Origin: Bacteroidales bacterium
Lineage (GTDB): Bacteria > Bacteroidota > Bacteroidia > Bacteroidales > Prolixibacteraceae
Assembly: GCA_012729335.1 (NCBI GenBank)
Contig: JAAYDJ010000038.1
Location: 11,887-75,886 of the forward strand
DNA: 64,000 nt
Direction of reading: 5' to 3'
The notes under the pieces are model-generated. The model did no database searches, was not told the origin of the DNA, and was given only the letters and a program-made list of their open reading frames with translations. The position numbers were made by a program, and so were the translations under genes. This document shows, one piece after another, positions 39,220 to 50,306 of the stretch; position 1 is the stretch's first letter, and the number at the start of each line of letters is the position of its first letter.

Positions 39220-42200
39220 TCAGAGCATACCCTGGCCGTGGCAGTGTTTGAACTTCTTGCCGCTGCCGCAGGGGCATGGGTCATTACGGCCCACTTTCTT
39301 CTCCACCCGCACGGGTTCCGGACGGGCTTTCTCCTGGGTCTGTGTCTGGGCCCCCTCCATCGGGTTCGACGCCCCCGGCAAATCGCTCTTCTGGGTACGG
39401 TACCGGCTCATGTCGGTCCTTTTTACCACCGCAGCCTCTTTCACCTGCTCGGGATTCTGAATCGGAATGTGCCCCTTCATCAGCGTCGATACAATATCCT
39501 TGTTCACCTTGGTCACCATCACCTTGAAGAGGTTGAACGACTCAAACTTATAGATCAGCAAGGGATCTTTCTGCTCGTAGGAGGCGTTCTGCACCGACTG
39601 TTTCAGGTCGTCCATCTCCCTGAGCTGTTCCTTCCAGGCTTCATCAAAGGTATTGAGAATGATCTGTTTCTGGTAAGACTTCACCAGTTCCTTTCCTTTG
39701 TTCTGGTAGGCTTTCTCGAGGTTGCAGATGATCTGGAACAACCGTCGCCCATCGGTGATGGGCACCACAATATTCTGGTAAATATGTGATTTCTTCTCGT
39801 AGACCTCCTTAATGACCGGAAAGGCTTGTTTGGCGATGCCCTGGACTTTCCGGTTATAGCTATCGATCATCACCTGATAGATACGCTGGATCACGGCATC
39901 GGCGCTGAGACGCTTGAACTCCTCCTCATTCACAGGCGATTCAATGGAGAGCAGGCGCATCAGCTCCAGATTGAAATCTTCGAACTGGTCGCTGCCGTAG
40001 TACTCGTTGACCAGGGCTTCAACCGAATCGTACATCATGTTGAGGATGTCGACATCGAGGCGTTCCCCGTAAAGGGCATGACGCCTTTTCTTGTAGACCA
40101 CCTCGCGCTGGGAGTTCATGACGTCGTCGTATTCAAGCAGCCGTTTGCGGATGCCGAAGTTGTTCTCCTCCACTTTTTTCTGGGCCCGTTCTATGGACTT
40201 GGAGATCATGGAATGCTGGATCACCTCTCCATCCTTGAGACCGAGGCGGTCCATGATGCCTGCGATACGGTCGGAGCCGAAGAGGCGCATGAGGTCGTCT
40301 TCGAGGGAAACGAAGAACTGGGAGGAACCGGGGTCTCCCTGGCGGCCGGCGCGGCCCCTGAGCTGACGGTCGACGCGGCGTGACTCATGCCGCTCGGTGC
40401 CGATGATGGCCAGACCGCCGGCGGCCTTCACCTCGGCTGTCAGCTTGATGTCGGTACCACGACCCGCCATGTTGGTGGCAATGGTGACCATTCCCGTGCG
40501 CCCCGCTTCAGCCACAATCTCCGCCTCACGGGCATGCAATTTGGCATTCAGTACGTTATGATGAATACCCTTCATCTTGAGCATCCTACTCAGCAACTCG
40601 GAAATCTCCACGGAGGTGGTCCCCACCAGTACCGGCCGCCCTGCCTTAAACAGGTTCTCAATTTCACCGATCACCGCATTGTACTTCTCCCGTTTGGTCT
40701 TGTATACCAGATCCTCCTCGTCCTTACGCACCACCGGCTTGTTGGTGGGAATCACCACCACCTCCAGCTTGTAAATGTCCCACAACTCTCCCGCCTCCGT
40801 TTCAGCGGTCCCCGTCATACCGGCCAGCTTGTGGTACATCCTGAAATAGTTCTGCAGGGTGATGGTCGCAAAAGTCTGCGTGGCAGCTTCTACCTTGACG
40901 CGTTCCTTGGCCTCAATGGCCTGGTGCAACCCGTCAGAATAACGACGCCCCTCCAGGATACGCCCCGTCTGCTCATCCACAATCTTTACCTTGTTGTCCA
41001 ATACCACATACTCCACATCCTTCTCAAACATGGTGTAGGCCTTTAACAACTGGTTGATGGTATGTACACGCTCCGACTTCACCGCATAATCCTGCAGCAG
41101 CTTGTCTTTCTTCTCCAGAAGCTCCTCCGAAGTCAGCTTCTGGTTCTGCAGATCGGCAATCTCGGCCCCCATGTCGGGAAGAATGAAAAACGTGGGATCT
41201 TCAAAACCGGCTGAGATCAGGTCAATCCCCTTTTCGGTGAGCTCCACCGAATTCTGCTTCTCCTCGATGATGAAGAAAAGGGGATCGGTGACCAGATGCA
41301 TGTTCTTGTTGTTGTCCTGCATATAGAAGTTCTCGGTCTTGAGCAGGATCTGCTTCATCCCCTCTTCACTGAGGAACTTGATCAGGGTTTTGTTCTTGGG
41401 CAATCCCTTGTGGGCCCGCAGGAGGAGCAATCCGCCCTCCTTTTTCTCGTCGTCGGTGGCATTATCCTTGGTGAGCAGCCTTTTGGCTTCGGCAAAAACC
41501 GTGGTGAAAAAGTCGCGTTGTGCCTTGTACAGCTTCTCCACATAAGGTTTGAGTTCTTCGAACTGCTGGTTTTCCCCCTTGGGTACCGGCCCGGAGATGA
41601 TCAGGGGGGTACGTGCATCGTCGATCAGCACCGAGTCTACTTCGTCGACGATGGCGTAATGGTGTTTCCGCTGCACCAGGTCCTGGGGGTTGATGGCCAT
41701 GTTGTCGCGGAGGTAGTCGAAACCGAATTCGTTGTTGGTGCCGTAGGTGATGTCGGCGTTGTAAGCTTTGCGGCGGGCTTCCGAATTGGGTTGGTGTTTG
41801 TCGATGCAATCGACCGACAGGCCGTGGAATTCAAAGATGGGGCCCATCCACTCCGAGTCACGCTTGGAAAGGTAATCGTTGACGGTAACGATGTGTACGC
41901 CCCGGCCGGCCAACGCATTCAGGAATACCGGAAGCGTCGCCACCAGTGTCTTGCCTTCCCCTGTGGCCATCTCAGATATTTTTCCCTGGTGCAGGACCAC
42001 CCCGCCGATGAGCTGTACATCGTAATGGACCATGTCCCAGGTAATCTCATTACCCCCCGCCATCCATTTGTTGAACCAGATGGCCTTGTCTCCCTCCACA
42101 ACGATGCTGTTGCGCTGGGCTGCCAGGTCCCGGTCGTAATCCAGAGCCGTCACCTCCACCCGCTCATGGGTGAAAAAACGGTTGGCCGTTTCCTTCACCA

Positions 42201-42540
42201 GGGCAAACGCCGTAGGCAGGATCTCGTTCAGGGTCTCCTCTATCCTGGTGATGATGGCCTCCTCCAATTTGTCGATCTGCTCATAGAGCTTCTCACTGTC
42301 CTGGATCTCCACCTCTTCGGCTTTCTCCCTGAGGGCGGCCATCTCCTCCTCCTCCTCCCGGATACGCTCCCTGATCAGTGCCTTCAAACGCCGGCTCTCC
42401 TCCCGGAGCTGATCATTGGTAAAGGAAAGGATCCTTTCGTACTCCTTTTTAATGGTTGAAACCAGGGGGGATATTTCTGTAATATCGCGTTCCGATTTGT
42501 TTCCCAGGATTTTACCCAGGATCTTCGTAATGAATGCCAT
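39220..42540 (-). CDS. secA: Preprotein translocase ATPase SecA
   Basis: [14 protein letters not shown] (Walker A), [29 protein letters not shown], and the C-terminal zinc finger [14 protein letters not shown]. Start at MAFITKILG (ATG 42540). Confidence 0.97.
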   Translation of the reverse strand: MAFITKILGKILGNKSERDITEISPLVSTIKKEYERILSFTNDQLREESRRLKALIRERIREEEEEMAALREKAEEVEIQDSEKLYEQIDKLEEAIITRIEETLNEILPTAFALVKETANRFFTHERVEVTALDYDRDLAAQRNSIVVEGDKAIWFNKWMAGGNEITWDMVHYDVQLIGGVVLHQGKISEMATGEGKTLVATLPVFLNALAGRGVHIVTVNDYLSKRDSEWMGPIFEFHGLSVDCIDKHQPNSEARRKAYNADITYGTNNEFGFDYLRDNMAINPQDLVQRKHHYAIVDEVDSVLIDDARTPLIISGPVPKGENQQFEELKPYVEKLYKAQRDFFTTVFAEAKRLLTKDNATDDEKKEGGLLLLRAHKGLPKNKTLIKFLSEEGMKQILLKTENFYMQDNNKNMHLVTDPLFFIIEEKQNSVELTEKGIDLISAGFEDPTFFILPDMGAEIADLQNQKLTSEELLEKKDKLLQDYAVKSERVHTINQLLKAYTMFEKDVEYVVLDNKVKIVDEQTGRILEGRRYSDGLHQAIEAKERVKVEAATQTFATITLQNYFRMYHKLAGMTGTAETEAGELWDIYKLEVVVIPTNKPVVRKDEEDLVYKTKREKYNAVIGEIENLFKAGRPVLVGTTSVEISELLSRMLKMKGIHHNVLNAKLHAREAEIVAEAGRTGMVTIATNMAGRGTDIKLTAEVKAAGGLAIIGTERHESRRVDRQLRGRAGRQGDPGSSQFFVSLEDDLMRLFGSDRIAGIMDRLGLKDGEVIQHSMISKSIERAQKKVEENNFGIRKRLLEYDDVMNSQREVVYKKRRHALYGERLDVDILNMMYDSVEALVNEYYGSDQFEDFNLELMRLLSIESPVNEEEFKRLSADAVIQRIYQVMIDSYNRKVQGIAKQAFPVIKEVYEKKSHIYQNIVVPITDGRRLFQIICNLEKAYQNKGKELVKSYQKQIILNTFDEAWKEQLREMDDLKQSVQNASYEQKDPLLIYKFESFNLFKVMVTKVNKDIVSTLMKGHIPIQNPEQVKEAAVVKRTDMSRYRTQKSDLPGASNPMEGAQTQTQEKARPEPVRVEKKVGRNDPCPCGSGKKFKHCHGQGML

Positions 42541-42570
42541 AGTCTCTAATCCGTAATTCCTATTAAGATG

Positions 42571-42578
42571 CAAATGTA
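42571..42578 (-). promoter_or_regulatory. TAnnTTTG -7 promoter element upstream of secA
   Basis: The minus strand reads tacatttg, 31 nt upstream of ATG 42540. Confidence 0.45.
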
Positions 42579-42609
42579 GTTATTGTGCCGGGGCTTTGAA
42601 AGCTTTCTA

Positions 42610-42642
42610 CAAAAAAAGCCTGATGCACGGGGCAACAGGCTT
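42610..42642 (-). terminator. Rho-independent terminator after the ferredoxin gene
   Basis: The minus strand reads agcctg-ttgccccgtgcat-caggct followed by ttttttt. Confidence 0.7.
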
Positions 42643-42666
42643 GATTTTTCTATGTTCTCAGGATTC

Positions 42667-42912
<246 letters not shown>

Positions 42913-43068
42913 CTATTTTATAGGATGAGCGAAAAAAATCGACCTGGGCGGCATGGAAGGCTCTCTACAGACTTTTTTCACTGATTTTCCAGAAGAATTG
43001 TGTTATTTTTACCCAGCCTGGCGGCCATTTCAGCTGGCCGCCACACGCCTTACTTAATGCCTTTATTT

Positions 43069-43893
43069 ATGGAATCGGGAAATGTGGTCACCGCCTTGCT
43101 GCTGACGCTGATTGCCGGACTCAGTACCGGGATTGGGAGTGCCATCGCCTTCGTGGCCAAACGCACCAACACCAAGTTGTTGTCGCTGGCCCTGGGATTC
43201 TCTGCCGGGGTGATGATCTACATCTCTTTTGTGGAAATCTTTCCCGACGCCAGGGAAAGCTTCATTCTCCAGTACGGCCGCTTTAACGGTACCCTTTTCA
43301 CGCTGCTCGCCTTTTTCGGGGGGATGCTTCTGATCGGACTGATCGACAAATTCATTCCATCTGCGGAAAATCCCCATGAGATGAGGGGCGTCGAATCCAT
43401 GGAAAACGAAAAAGAAGCCCGTAACTTCCGAAAACTGTATAAAATGGGGCTGATGACCTCTCTGGCGGTGGGCATCCACAACTTTCCCGAGGGCATTGCC
43501 ACCTTTATGTCGGCATTGAAAGATCCCACCCTGGGGATTGCCATCACGGTAGCCATTGCCATCCACAACATCCCTGAGGGGATCGCCGTGTCGGTACCGG
43601 TCTATTACGCCACCGGAAACCGCAAAAAAGCTTTTCTCCTCTCGTTTCTGTCGGGTTTTTCAGAATTCGTGGGGGCGCTTCTGGCATACCTGGTGCTGCT
43701 GCCCTTTCTCACCAGCGCCCATTTCGACCTCATCTTCGCTGCCACGATGGCGGGGATTGCCGGGATCATGGTCTTCATTTCCCTCGATGAACTTCTCCCT
43801 TCGGCCGAAGAGTACGGGGAACACCACCTGGCCATATACGGACTGACAGGTGGCATGGGGGTGATGGCCCTAAGTCTGCTCCTTATTGGTTAA
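43069..43893 (+). CDS. zupT: ZIP-family zinc transporter ZupT
   Basis: HNFPEGIA and HNIPEGIAV metal-binding motifs. About 8 TM helices. The N-terminus aligns with ZupT from ATG 43069. Confidence 0.88.
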   Translation: MESGNVVTALLLTLIAGLSTGIGSAIAFVAKRTNTKLLSLALGFSAGVMIYISFVEIFPDARESFILQYGRFNGTLFTLLAFFGGMLLIGLIDKFIPSAENPHEMRGVESMENEKEARNFRKLYKMGLMTSLAVGIHNFPEGIATFMSALKDPTLGIAITVAIAIHNIPEGIAVSVPVYYATGNRKKAFLLSFLSGFSEFVGALLAYLVLLPFLTSAHFDLIFAATMAGIAGIMVFISLDELLPSAEEYGEHHLAIYGLTGGMGVMALSLLLIG

Positions 43894-44078
43894 CGGTTAG
43901 CATGGGGGTAAAAGTCTTTAGCCTGCTCCTTATTGGTTAACGGTTAGCATGGGGGCAAAAGTCTTAAGCCTGCTCCTTATAGGATAACGGGGCGTATGAG
44001 GATGAAAGCCCGGATCTGCTCCTTAACAGCTGACGGTCAGCATGGGGGTGATGGCCCTAAGCCTGTTCTTTACCGGCC
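43853..44078. repeat. 47-bp tandem repeat, about 4.8 decaying copies, bridging the zupT and nth 3' ends
   Basis: Copies start at 43853, 43900, 43947, about 43992 (degenerate) and 44040. Copy 1 holds the zupT stop. Copy 5 (gcatgggggtgatggccctaagcctg...) holds the nth stop on the other strand. Confidence 0.85.
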
Positions 44079-44719
44079 GAGATATGGTAATAGTGGCATA
44101 AATCCCTCAATCCGCAATGGGCACAGTCGGGTTTGCGCGCCCGGCAGACGTACCTGCCGTGAAGGATCAGCCAGTGGTGTGCCCTGGCCACCAGCTCTTC
44201 AGGCAGGTATTCAACCAGCTGCCGTTCCGTTTCCAGGGGCGTGCGGGCTCCCGTGGTCAGTCCCAAACGCGCCGATACCCTGAAGACATGTGTATCTACA
44301 GCCATCGCCGGCTTATTGAAAACCACCGACGCCACCACGTTGGCCGTCTTCCGCCCTACACCCGGCAACTTCTGCAACGCCTCCACATCCCCGGGAACCT
44401 CCCCCCCGAACATCTCCAGAAGCTTCCGCGACATCCCCGACAAATGACGCGCCTTGTTGTTGGGATAAGAACAACTTCCGATGTACGCCAGAATCTCCTC
44501 CGTGGTCGCCCCCGCCATCGCCCGCGCATCAGGAAACCGCTCCAGTAACGCCGGCGTAATCTGGTTCACCCGCTTGTCGGTGCATTGCGCCGACAAAATC
44601 ACCGCCACCAGCAATTGAAACGGATCCTTGTAATGCAACTCCGTCTCCGCCATCGGCCGGTTCTCCATGAACCAGGCGATCACCTTGTCATACAACTCTT
44701 TCTTCGCTTTCTTTTCCAT
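44057..44719 (-). CDS. nth: Endonuclease III
   Basis: HhH-GPD motif LPGVGRKTANVV, catalytic region VDTHVFRV, and the 4Fe-4S cluster CRARKPDCAHCGLRDLC. Confidence 0.93.
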   Translation of the reverse strand: MEKKAKKELYDKVIAWFMENRPMAETELHYKDPFQLLVAVILSAQCTDKRVNQITPALLERFPDARAMAGATTEEILAYIGSCSYPNNKARHLSGMSRKLLEMFGGEVPGDVEALQKLPGVGRKTANVVASVVFNKPAMAVDTHVFRVSARLGLTTGARTPLETERQLVEYLPEELVARAHHWLILHGRYVCRARKPDCAHCGLRDLCHYYHISAGKEQA

Positions 44720-44880
44720 ACGTCGCCTCTTCTCCTGACATGATTTCGAACGAAACTATAAATAATTCAAAAAAAAATGCTTTTTAAGTGTAACTATTCC
44801 CACCTTTGATGGTCATATAGGCAGAGATAGTTTTAAGTAATCATTTCACTCCTCATAGAAATGGTTTAAACTAGAAATTA

Positions 44881-44915
44881 AACAAAGAAAAGCCGGTATT
44901 GACCGGCTTTTTTTA
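44881..44915 (-). terminator. Bidirectional-looking rho-independent terminator after pepP
   Basis: agccggt-attg-accggct stem-loop flanked by an A-run and a T-run (aaagaaa...ttttttt). Confidence 0.65.
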
Positions 44916-44961
44916 TGCCGTTTCTTTTGTGGGGTTTAAGGCCGGAGGTCTGCAGGATGGC

Positions 44962-46746
44962 TCAGGGGAGTTCCCGGGTGAGTTCATCCAGGAAGGGGAT
45001 CAGTCGCGTAGGCATTTGGGGGGCGAGTTCGTTCCTGACGCGGCGGTGGTAGAGGTTCAGCCACTCCTTTTCCATGGGAGTCAGGAGGTTTTCCTCCACC
45101 AGGCGGGTGTCGATGGGGCAAAGTGTCAGGGTTTCGAAGCCCAGGAAACGCCCGAAGGGGGTGGTTTCCTTTTCTACGCAGACCATCATATTTTCGGTAC
45201 GAATGCCATATTCGCCGGTCCGGTAAATTCCCGGTTCGTTGGAAAAGACCATTCCCGGGGTGATTTCGTGGGGGTTCCATTCCCTGCGGATGGCTGCGGG
45301 GCCTTCGTGAACGCTCAGGTAATGGCCGACGCCGTGGCCGGTTCCGTGGCCGTAATCCAGGCCATGCTGCCACATGGCCGTACGGGCCAGCACATCAAGG
45401 TGGATGCCGCGGGTACCCTGTGGAAAAACCACCGTCGTGAGATGAATAACGCCCTTGAGGACCAGTGTGAAATCCAGTTTCTGGCGGGGTGTGACGGCCC
45501 CCAGGGCTACCGTCCGTGTGATGTCGGTGGTTCCAGTCAGATATTGACCCCCCGAATCAAAGAGCAGGACTCCTTCCCGGGCCAAAGGCAGGGCGTTCTC
45601 CGGACCTACCGAGAGATGGACGATGGCCCCGTGCTCCCGGTAGCCGATGATGGGCCGAAAGCTCTCACCCATGAATCCCGGCTGACCCGCGCGGAATGCC
45701 GCAAGCTGGCGGCCCGCTGTGAATTCCGTGACCCCCGGATCTCCGGCATGCTCCCTCAGCCAGTCCAGGAACTGCACCAGGGCCACCCCGTCGCGGCGCA
45801 TACTCTCCCTGAAGCCTTCCAGTTCCGTCTTATTTTTGACGGCTTTCAGCATTTCGGCGGGCGAGGGTGCCTCCACCACCCTGCAGTGGTCGCGCAAGGC
45901 GAGGTAAACCCCGCAACTGGCCGAGGAGGGATCGACCAGTACCGACAAGCCCCGCAGTTCCCTCAGAAAGGAAAAGAACGTCTCATACGGGGCCGTCACA
46001 ATCCCCTCCTGCCTTAATTTCTCCTCCAGAAGGGGATCCAGGGCTCCCGGCCGTGTAAAGAGGTGGTTGTAATCCCTGCCGATGATTCCGTAGCCGAGAA
46101 AAACGGGATTGTAAGGGATATCCCTGCCGCGGAGGTTAAAGCTCCAGGCCAGGTCGCTGAGGGAGGTAAGCAGGGTCATGTCGGCCTGGTGGGCGGCAAG
46201 GGCTTCGGTGATCCGGGCGTGTTTGGCAGCGCGGTTCTCCCCGCTAAGAGATTCGTCGTGTTCCGTCACGGGGTGGCCGGGCAGGGGGGGCCGGTCATGC
46301 CAGAGTTCCTCCGGAATACCGGGGACTGCGGTAAGAAGGATGCCCCTCGGATCCAGGACTTCCCGGAAGCGGCGGTAGCTCCCAAGGGGTAGCGTCAATG
46401 GGTCAAAACCTACCCGTGCCCCTATGGCCAGGTGGGTGGCCAGCCACTGCTCCGGTGGCACCGCCCCGGCCACCCGCAAGGGCAACATCCTGAAGCCTGT
46501 TCCGGCCAACTCCGCCTCCGCCTGCAGAAAATAGCGCGAATCGGTCCACAACACCGCATCATACGCTGTGACCACCACCTCCCCGAAAGAACCTGTGAAT
46601 CCAGAAATCCATCGCCTCACCTGCCAGTGGTCACAGAGATATTCACTCATGTGGGGATCGGTTCCCGAAAAATAGAGGGCATCGAGGCCATGATCTTGCA
46701 GGGCTCTCCGCAGGGAGGCCAGCACCTTATCTCTTTTTTCCTGCAT
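44962..46746 (-). CDS. pepP: Xaa-Pro aminopeptidase (M24B, aminopeptidase P family)
   Basis: Two creatinase-like N-domains, then the M24 motif HGTGHGVGHYLSVHEGP and NEPGIY. Start at MQEKRDK (ATG 46746), overlapping the Nudix gene end by 20 nt. Confidence 0.85.
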   Translation of the reverse strand: MQEKRDKVLASLRRALQDHGLDALYFSGTDPHMSEYLCDHWQVRRWISGFTGSFGEVVVTAYDAVLWTDSRYFLQAEAELAGTGFRMLPLRVAGAVPPEQWLATHLAIGARVGFDPLTLPLGSYRRFREVLDPRGILLTAVPGIPEELWHDRPPLPGHPVTEHDESLSGENRAAKHARITEALAAHQADMTLLTSLSDLAWSFNLRGRDIPYNPVFLGYGIIGRDYNHLFTRPGALDPLLEEKLRQEGIVTAPYETFFSFLRELRGLSVLVDPSSASCGVYLALRDHCRVVEAPSPAEMLKAVKNKTELEGFRESMRRDGVALVQFLDWLREHAGDPGVTEFTAGRQLAAFRAGQPGFMGESFRPIIGYREHGAIVHLSVGPENALPLAREGVLLFDSGGQYLTGTTDITRTVALGAVTPRQKLDFTLVLKGVIHLTTVVFPQGTRGIHLDVLARTAMWQHGLDYGHGTGHGVGHYLSVHEGPAAIRREWNPHEITPGMVFSNEPGIYRTGEYGIRTENMMVCVEKETTPFGRFLGFETLTLCPIDTRLVEENLLTPMEKEWLNLYHRRVRNELAPQMPTRLIPFLDELTRELP

Positions 46747-47266
46747 GGTGTGCAATTTCTTTGATAAAATAGCGGATCGAAGGGGCGGGAATCTCCCCGG
46801 GATCCACCTCTGCGGGAAATACCCATTCAAAACCGCTGATATCATCTGAGGCTTTCATTTCCACGGGAATGTCGGTGTCGACCAGGAAAGCCAGGTCGGT
46901 GGTAAAGACGGTCAATCCCGAGTAAAGGTACCTGTTGGGAGCGGAAGCCAGGTATCGGATTGCCCGGGGTTCCAATCCCAGCTCTTCGGCCAGTTCACGC
47001 CTGACCGCCTCTTCGGCGCTTTCCCCGGGGTCGATGAACCCCCCGGGAAGGTCCAGTTTTCCCTTGTCGGGATCGATGGCCCTGCGGGTGACCAAAAGGC
47101 GCCCGTGGCTGTCAAAGATGAGGGCCGCCACAGCCGCCGCCGAATTGACAAAGAAATGAAAACCGCAGGTACCACACCGGAAGGAGCGTTCGCTGACGGC
47201 TGGAAAACGGCCGGATCCGCAGTGCGGACAAAAGCGGAAAAAACTGGTGGGATGGGTCGTGTTCAC
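46727..47266 (-). CDS. Nudix hydrolase with N-terminal zinc ribbon
   Basis: CPHCG...CGTCG zinc ribbon. Nudix box GGFIDPGESAEEAVRRELAEELGL. GTG start at 47266 was chosen because the longer ORF would overlap the upstream esterase gene. Confidence 0.8.
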   Translation of the reverse strand: MNTTHPTSFFRFCPHCGSGRFPAVSERSFRCGTCGFHFFVNSAAAVAALIFDSHGRLLVTRRAIDPDKGKLDLPGGFIDPGESAEEAVRRELAEELGLEPRAIRYLASAPNRYLYSGLTVFTTDLAFLVDTDIPVEMKASDDISGFEWVFPAEVDPGEIPAPSIRYFIKEIAHHAGKKR

Positions 47267-47276
47267 ATGGGAAAAT

Positions 47277-48176
47277 TCAGGGGATGAACCGGCCCTGTCT
47301 GAGCCAGGCCAGGAAAAGCTCAGGCCACTGGTCGGCGGGAAGATTGTTTTTACGCATACCGAAGCCGTGACCTCCCCGCGAGAAAATATGCATCTCTGCA
47401 GGGACGCCGTTCTTCTTAAGGGCGGTGTAGAACTCCGTCGAATTGCGGGGGACCACACCCTTGTCGTCATCGGCCAGCACCAGGAAGGTGGGCGGTGTGT
47501 CGGGAGTGACGTGTAACTCGTTGGAATAAAAAGATATAAGCTCAGGGTCAGGGTTTTTTCCCAGCAGGTTAGAACGTGATCCCCGGTGGGTGAATTCCCC
47601 GTTCATGGTGATCACCGGGTAAAGGAGCAGCAGGAAGTCGGGGCGGCAACTCATGTGGGCCACCGGGTCGGCGGCACCTGGAATGCCCCTGTCAAAGCGG
47701 GTGCCCGCCGTGGCGGCCAGATGACCTCCCGCAGAAGATCCGGCCAGGCCCACCTTCGCCGGGTCGATACCCCACTCCGCCGCATGAAAACGCACGAGAC
47801 GCAGCGCCTGCCGGGCGTCACCCGAGGGAATGGCATGATGCCCGTAAGGAAGCCTGTACTTCAGCACCACCCCGGCCACACCCCGGTCGGCCAGCCACCG
47901 CGCCAGGTCATACCCTTCATGGTCCATGGCCTCCATGGCATACCCGCCACCGGGACAAATCACCACAGCTGCACCACTCCGTATTTCTGCCGGTGGGAGA
48001 AACAGCGTCATCTCCGCTTCGGAGACATTGCGCACCCTCACTCCGTCGAACTTCTCCTCTGGGAGGGTCATCCCGTTGTGGTCAGGAGCCCCTCCCGGCC
48101 ATACCTTCAAAACCTTCTCCTGGGCTCCTGCCGTCGTAAAGACGGCCAGCAGCATGACCATACACATCCCTCTCAT
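47277..48176 (-). CDS. Secreted alpha/beta hydrolase (esterase)
   Basis: Signal peptide MVMLLAVFTTAGAQ. Oxyanion-type VICPGGGY and nucleophile elbow GSSAGGHLA. Confidence 0.8.
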   Translation of the reverse strand: MRGMCMVMLLAVFTTAGAQEKVLKVWPGGAPDHNGMTLPEEKFDGVRVRNVSEAEMTLFLPPAEIRSGAAVVICPGGGYAMEAMDHEGYDLARWLADRGVAGVVLKYRLPYGHHAIPSGDARQALRLVRFHAAEWGIDPAKVGLAGSSAGGHLAATAGTRFDRGIPGAADPVAHMSCRPDFLLLLYPVITMNGEFTHRGSRSNLLGKNPDPELISFYSNELHVTPDTPPTFLVLADDDKGVVPRNSTEFYTALKKNGVPAEMHIFSRGGHGFGMRKNNLPADQWPELFLAWLRQGRFIP

Positions 48177-48177
48177 G

Positions 48178-48714
48178 CTATTCCGTTTTGGCTCCTACAA
48201 AATAATCTTCCTTCCCGGCAAACAAAACGTTGAACGTGGTCAGCGTCCCATATATGCGGGTGATGTACTGCTGCAGGTTGACCTTCTCCTCGTCGGTGAG
48301 CACGCCATGGGCGTTGATATTCTGCTCCAGAACACGAAGACGGTCACGGAGCATGACAATCTTATGGAAAAAAGTCTCCACGGGAATTTCCTTGGGTTGC
48401 AGCGAGGGATTTCCCGGCTTCAGGATCAGGGATCCCCCTTTCCATTTATCGCCCAGGACTACCGGCGCAGTTATCCCGTTGAACCGCTCCAGAAGTCCGG
48501 CCAAAACATCTTCCACCTCCGCCAAGGTGAGCATATTCCGGGGACGGGTCTCCTCCCTGAGTTCCACCACAGCCAAATCGGGATTTCTTTTGGTGATCTC
48601 CACCTTTCCCCCTTTCTCAAAATAGACTTCGTAGGCGGCCAGGTTTACCCGTGCGATAATACCCTGCCCGTAGCGGGGGTGTTCTACCCTGCTGCCAACA
48701 GTAAGCTCTTCCAT
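48178..48714 (-). CDS. Hypothetical protein
   Basis: 178 aa (ATG 48714). The N-terminal VGSRVEHPRYGQGIIARV resembles a small SH3/Tudor-like beta domain. No family is recognised. It is tightly packed (1-nt gap) with the esterase gene. Confidence 0.5.
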   Translation of the reverse strand: MEELTVGSRVEHPRYGQGIIARVNLAAYEVYFEKGGKVEITKRNPDLAVVELREETRPRNMLTLAEVEDVLAGLLERFNGITAPVVLGDKWKGGSLILKPGNPSLQPKEIPVETFFHKIVMLRDRLRVLEQNINAHGVLTDEEKVNLQQYITRIYGTLTTFNVLFAGKEDYFVGAKTE

Positions 48715-48778
48715 CTGTTTTCCTTGTTTTAAGTGAAAACACAAAGATAAAAAGAGCGCCGGAAATTCAAAAAAGGAG

Positions 48779-49201
48779 TCAGGCCTGGCCTGTGCTGAAC
48801 AGATCGTTCAGGGATTCGGTTGCTTCGGATCCACAGGTAGGACAGACGGGCTGCTCCTCCCCCTGGTGACGGAACCGGTTTTTGCAGCTTCCGCAGGAAA
48901 ACCACTCTTCTTCGAAGACCACCTTGCCGCCCTTGACGACAATATCGCGCCCTTCGACAAAGGAGGCGGCGACTTTACGGCGGGCTTCCTCGTAAATGCG
49001 GGTGAGCGTCGGTCGCGACACCTGCATCAGCACGGCGGCCTGTTCCTGGTTGAGCATCTGGTAATCGAGGAGCCGGATGGTTTCATATTCTTCCAGCAGC
49101 AAAAATACCTGGTTGGATTTTCTGCCGCGGACACCAGTCACCGACATTCCTTTAATTGCTGGGGGCATCAGCATCTTTCTTTCTCTCTTTTTTCTGGGCA
49201 T
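48779..49201 (-). CDS. DUF134 (UPF0251) family protein with C-terminal zinc ribbon
   Basis: MPRKKRERK..., [44 protein letters not shown] (a sigma-70 region-4-like HTH typical of DUF134), then CGSC...CPTCG. Confidence 0.75.
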   Translation of the reverse strand: MPRKKRERKMLMPPAIKGMSVTGVRGRKSNQVFLLLEEYETIRLLDYQMLNQEQAAVLMQVSRPTLTRIYEEARRKVAASFVEGRDIVVKGGKVVFEEEWFSCGSCKNRFRHQGEEQPVCPTCGSEATESLNDLFSTGQA

Positions 49202-50279
49202 TTTCAGTTCTTATATAAAGGTTTTGCATCAAAAAGTGATCAGCGAGAACGAGTGCGGCCATGGCTTCCACGATGGGTACAGCCCGGGGCAGCACGCAGG
49301 GGTCATGTCTTCCTTCGGGGTGAATGGTGATGGGTTGGTTGTCGTCGTCGACGGTGGGCTGTTCGCGCAGAAGAGTGGCCACGGGTTTAAAAGCCACCCT
49401 GAAATAAATATCCTCTCCGTTGGAAATACCGCCCTGGATACCTCCTGAGTGGTTGGTCAGTGTGCGTGTTCCGGTTTCTCCGGGAATGAAAATGTCGTTA
49501 TGTTCAGAGCCGTGGAGCCGGGTTCCTGTGAATCCGGAGCCATATTCGAAGCCTTTTACGGCGTTGATGCCGAGCATGGCGAATCCCAGGTCGGCGTGCA
49601 GTTTATTGAAGACGGGTTCTCCCCATCCCGGGGGTACACCGGTGACCACACCGGTGATGACACCTCCCACGGTATCATGTTGGCGGGCGGCCTCCTCGAT
49701 GACAGCCACCATACGGGCGGAAGTTTCCGGGTCGGGACACCTCACCAGGCTGGCATCGGTAAGCGAAAGGTCCAGCTCCTTATATGAGCGGGGGGTTTCC
49801 ACTGTATGAACCTGAGAGACATAAGCCTGCACGGAGACCCCCGTTTTGCGCAGCAGCAACCGGGCCACAGCCCCCGCTACCACCCGGGCAATCGTTTCCC
49901 GTGCCGAAGAGCGGCCCCCACCCCGGTGGTCCCTGACCCCGAACTTTTGCTGCCAAGTGTAATCGGCATGCGAAGGCCTGTACACATGCCGCAGCGTATC
50001 ATAATCGCCCGACCGGTGATCCTGGTTGTGGACCACAAAGGCAATGGGCGTTCCCAGGGTCTTTCCCTCGAAAATGCCAGAGAGGAACTCCACACGGTCG
50101 CCTTCCCTGCGCTGGGTGGTGAGCCGGGATTGACCAGGCCGGCGGCGGTCCAGTTCACCCTGTATGAAATCCAGGTCTATCTCAATTCCGGGCGGACACC
50201 CATCGATGATCCCTCCGATGCCCCGCCCGTGTGATTCGCCAAACGAGGTTAATCTGAAGATCCTTCCGAAGGTGTTCAT
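49152..50279 (-). CDS. aroC: Chorismate synthase
   Basis: [31 protein letters not shown] and GRHDPCV. Its last 50 nt overlap the DUF134 gene start. Confidence 0.95.
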   Translation of the reverse strand: MNTFGRIFRLTSFGESHGRGIGGIIDGCPPGIEIDLDFIQGELDRRRPGQSRLTTQRREGDRVEFLSGIFEGKTLGTPIAFVVHNQDHRSGDYDTLRHVYRPSHADYTWQQKFGVRDHRGGGRSSARETIARVVAGAVARLLLRKTGVSVQAYVSQVHTVETPRSYKELDLSLTDASLVRCPDPETSARMVAVIEEAARQHDTVGGVITGVVTGVPPGWGEPVFNKLHADLGFAMLGINAVKGFEYGSGFTGTRLHGSEHNDIFIPGETGTRTLTNHSGGIQGGISNGEDIYFRVAFKPVATLLREQPTVDDDNQPITIHPEGRHDPCVLPRAVPIVEAMAALVLADHFLMQNLYIRTENAQKKERKKDADAPSN

Positions 50280-50306
50280 GGCCCTTTCTGATATATTGAT
50301 TCAAAG

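Noticed and set aside
44899-46017. 372-aa plus-strand ORF antisense to the aminopeptidase P gene. Similar long shadow ORFs occur at 41296-42459 (antisense to secA), 15617-16531 (gyrA), 32620-33639 (M28 peptidase), 51108-52031 (DUF4465-like gene), 58051-58668 and 26598-27386.
   Set aside because: Each lies fully inside a confidently identified gene on the other strand. Their Arg/Gly/Pro-rich, motif-free translations are typical of stop-poor antisense frames in GC-rich DNA. None has its own promoter motif or recognisable domain.
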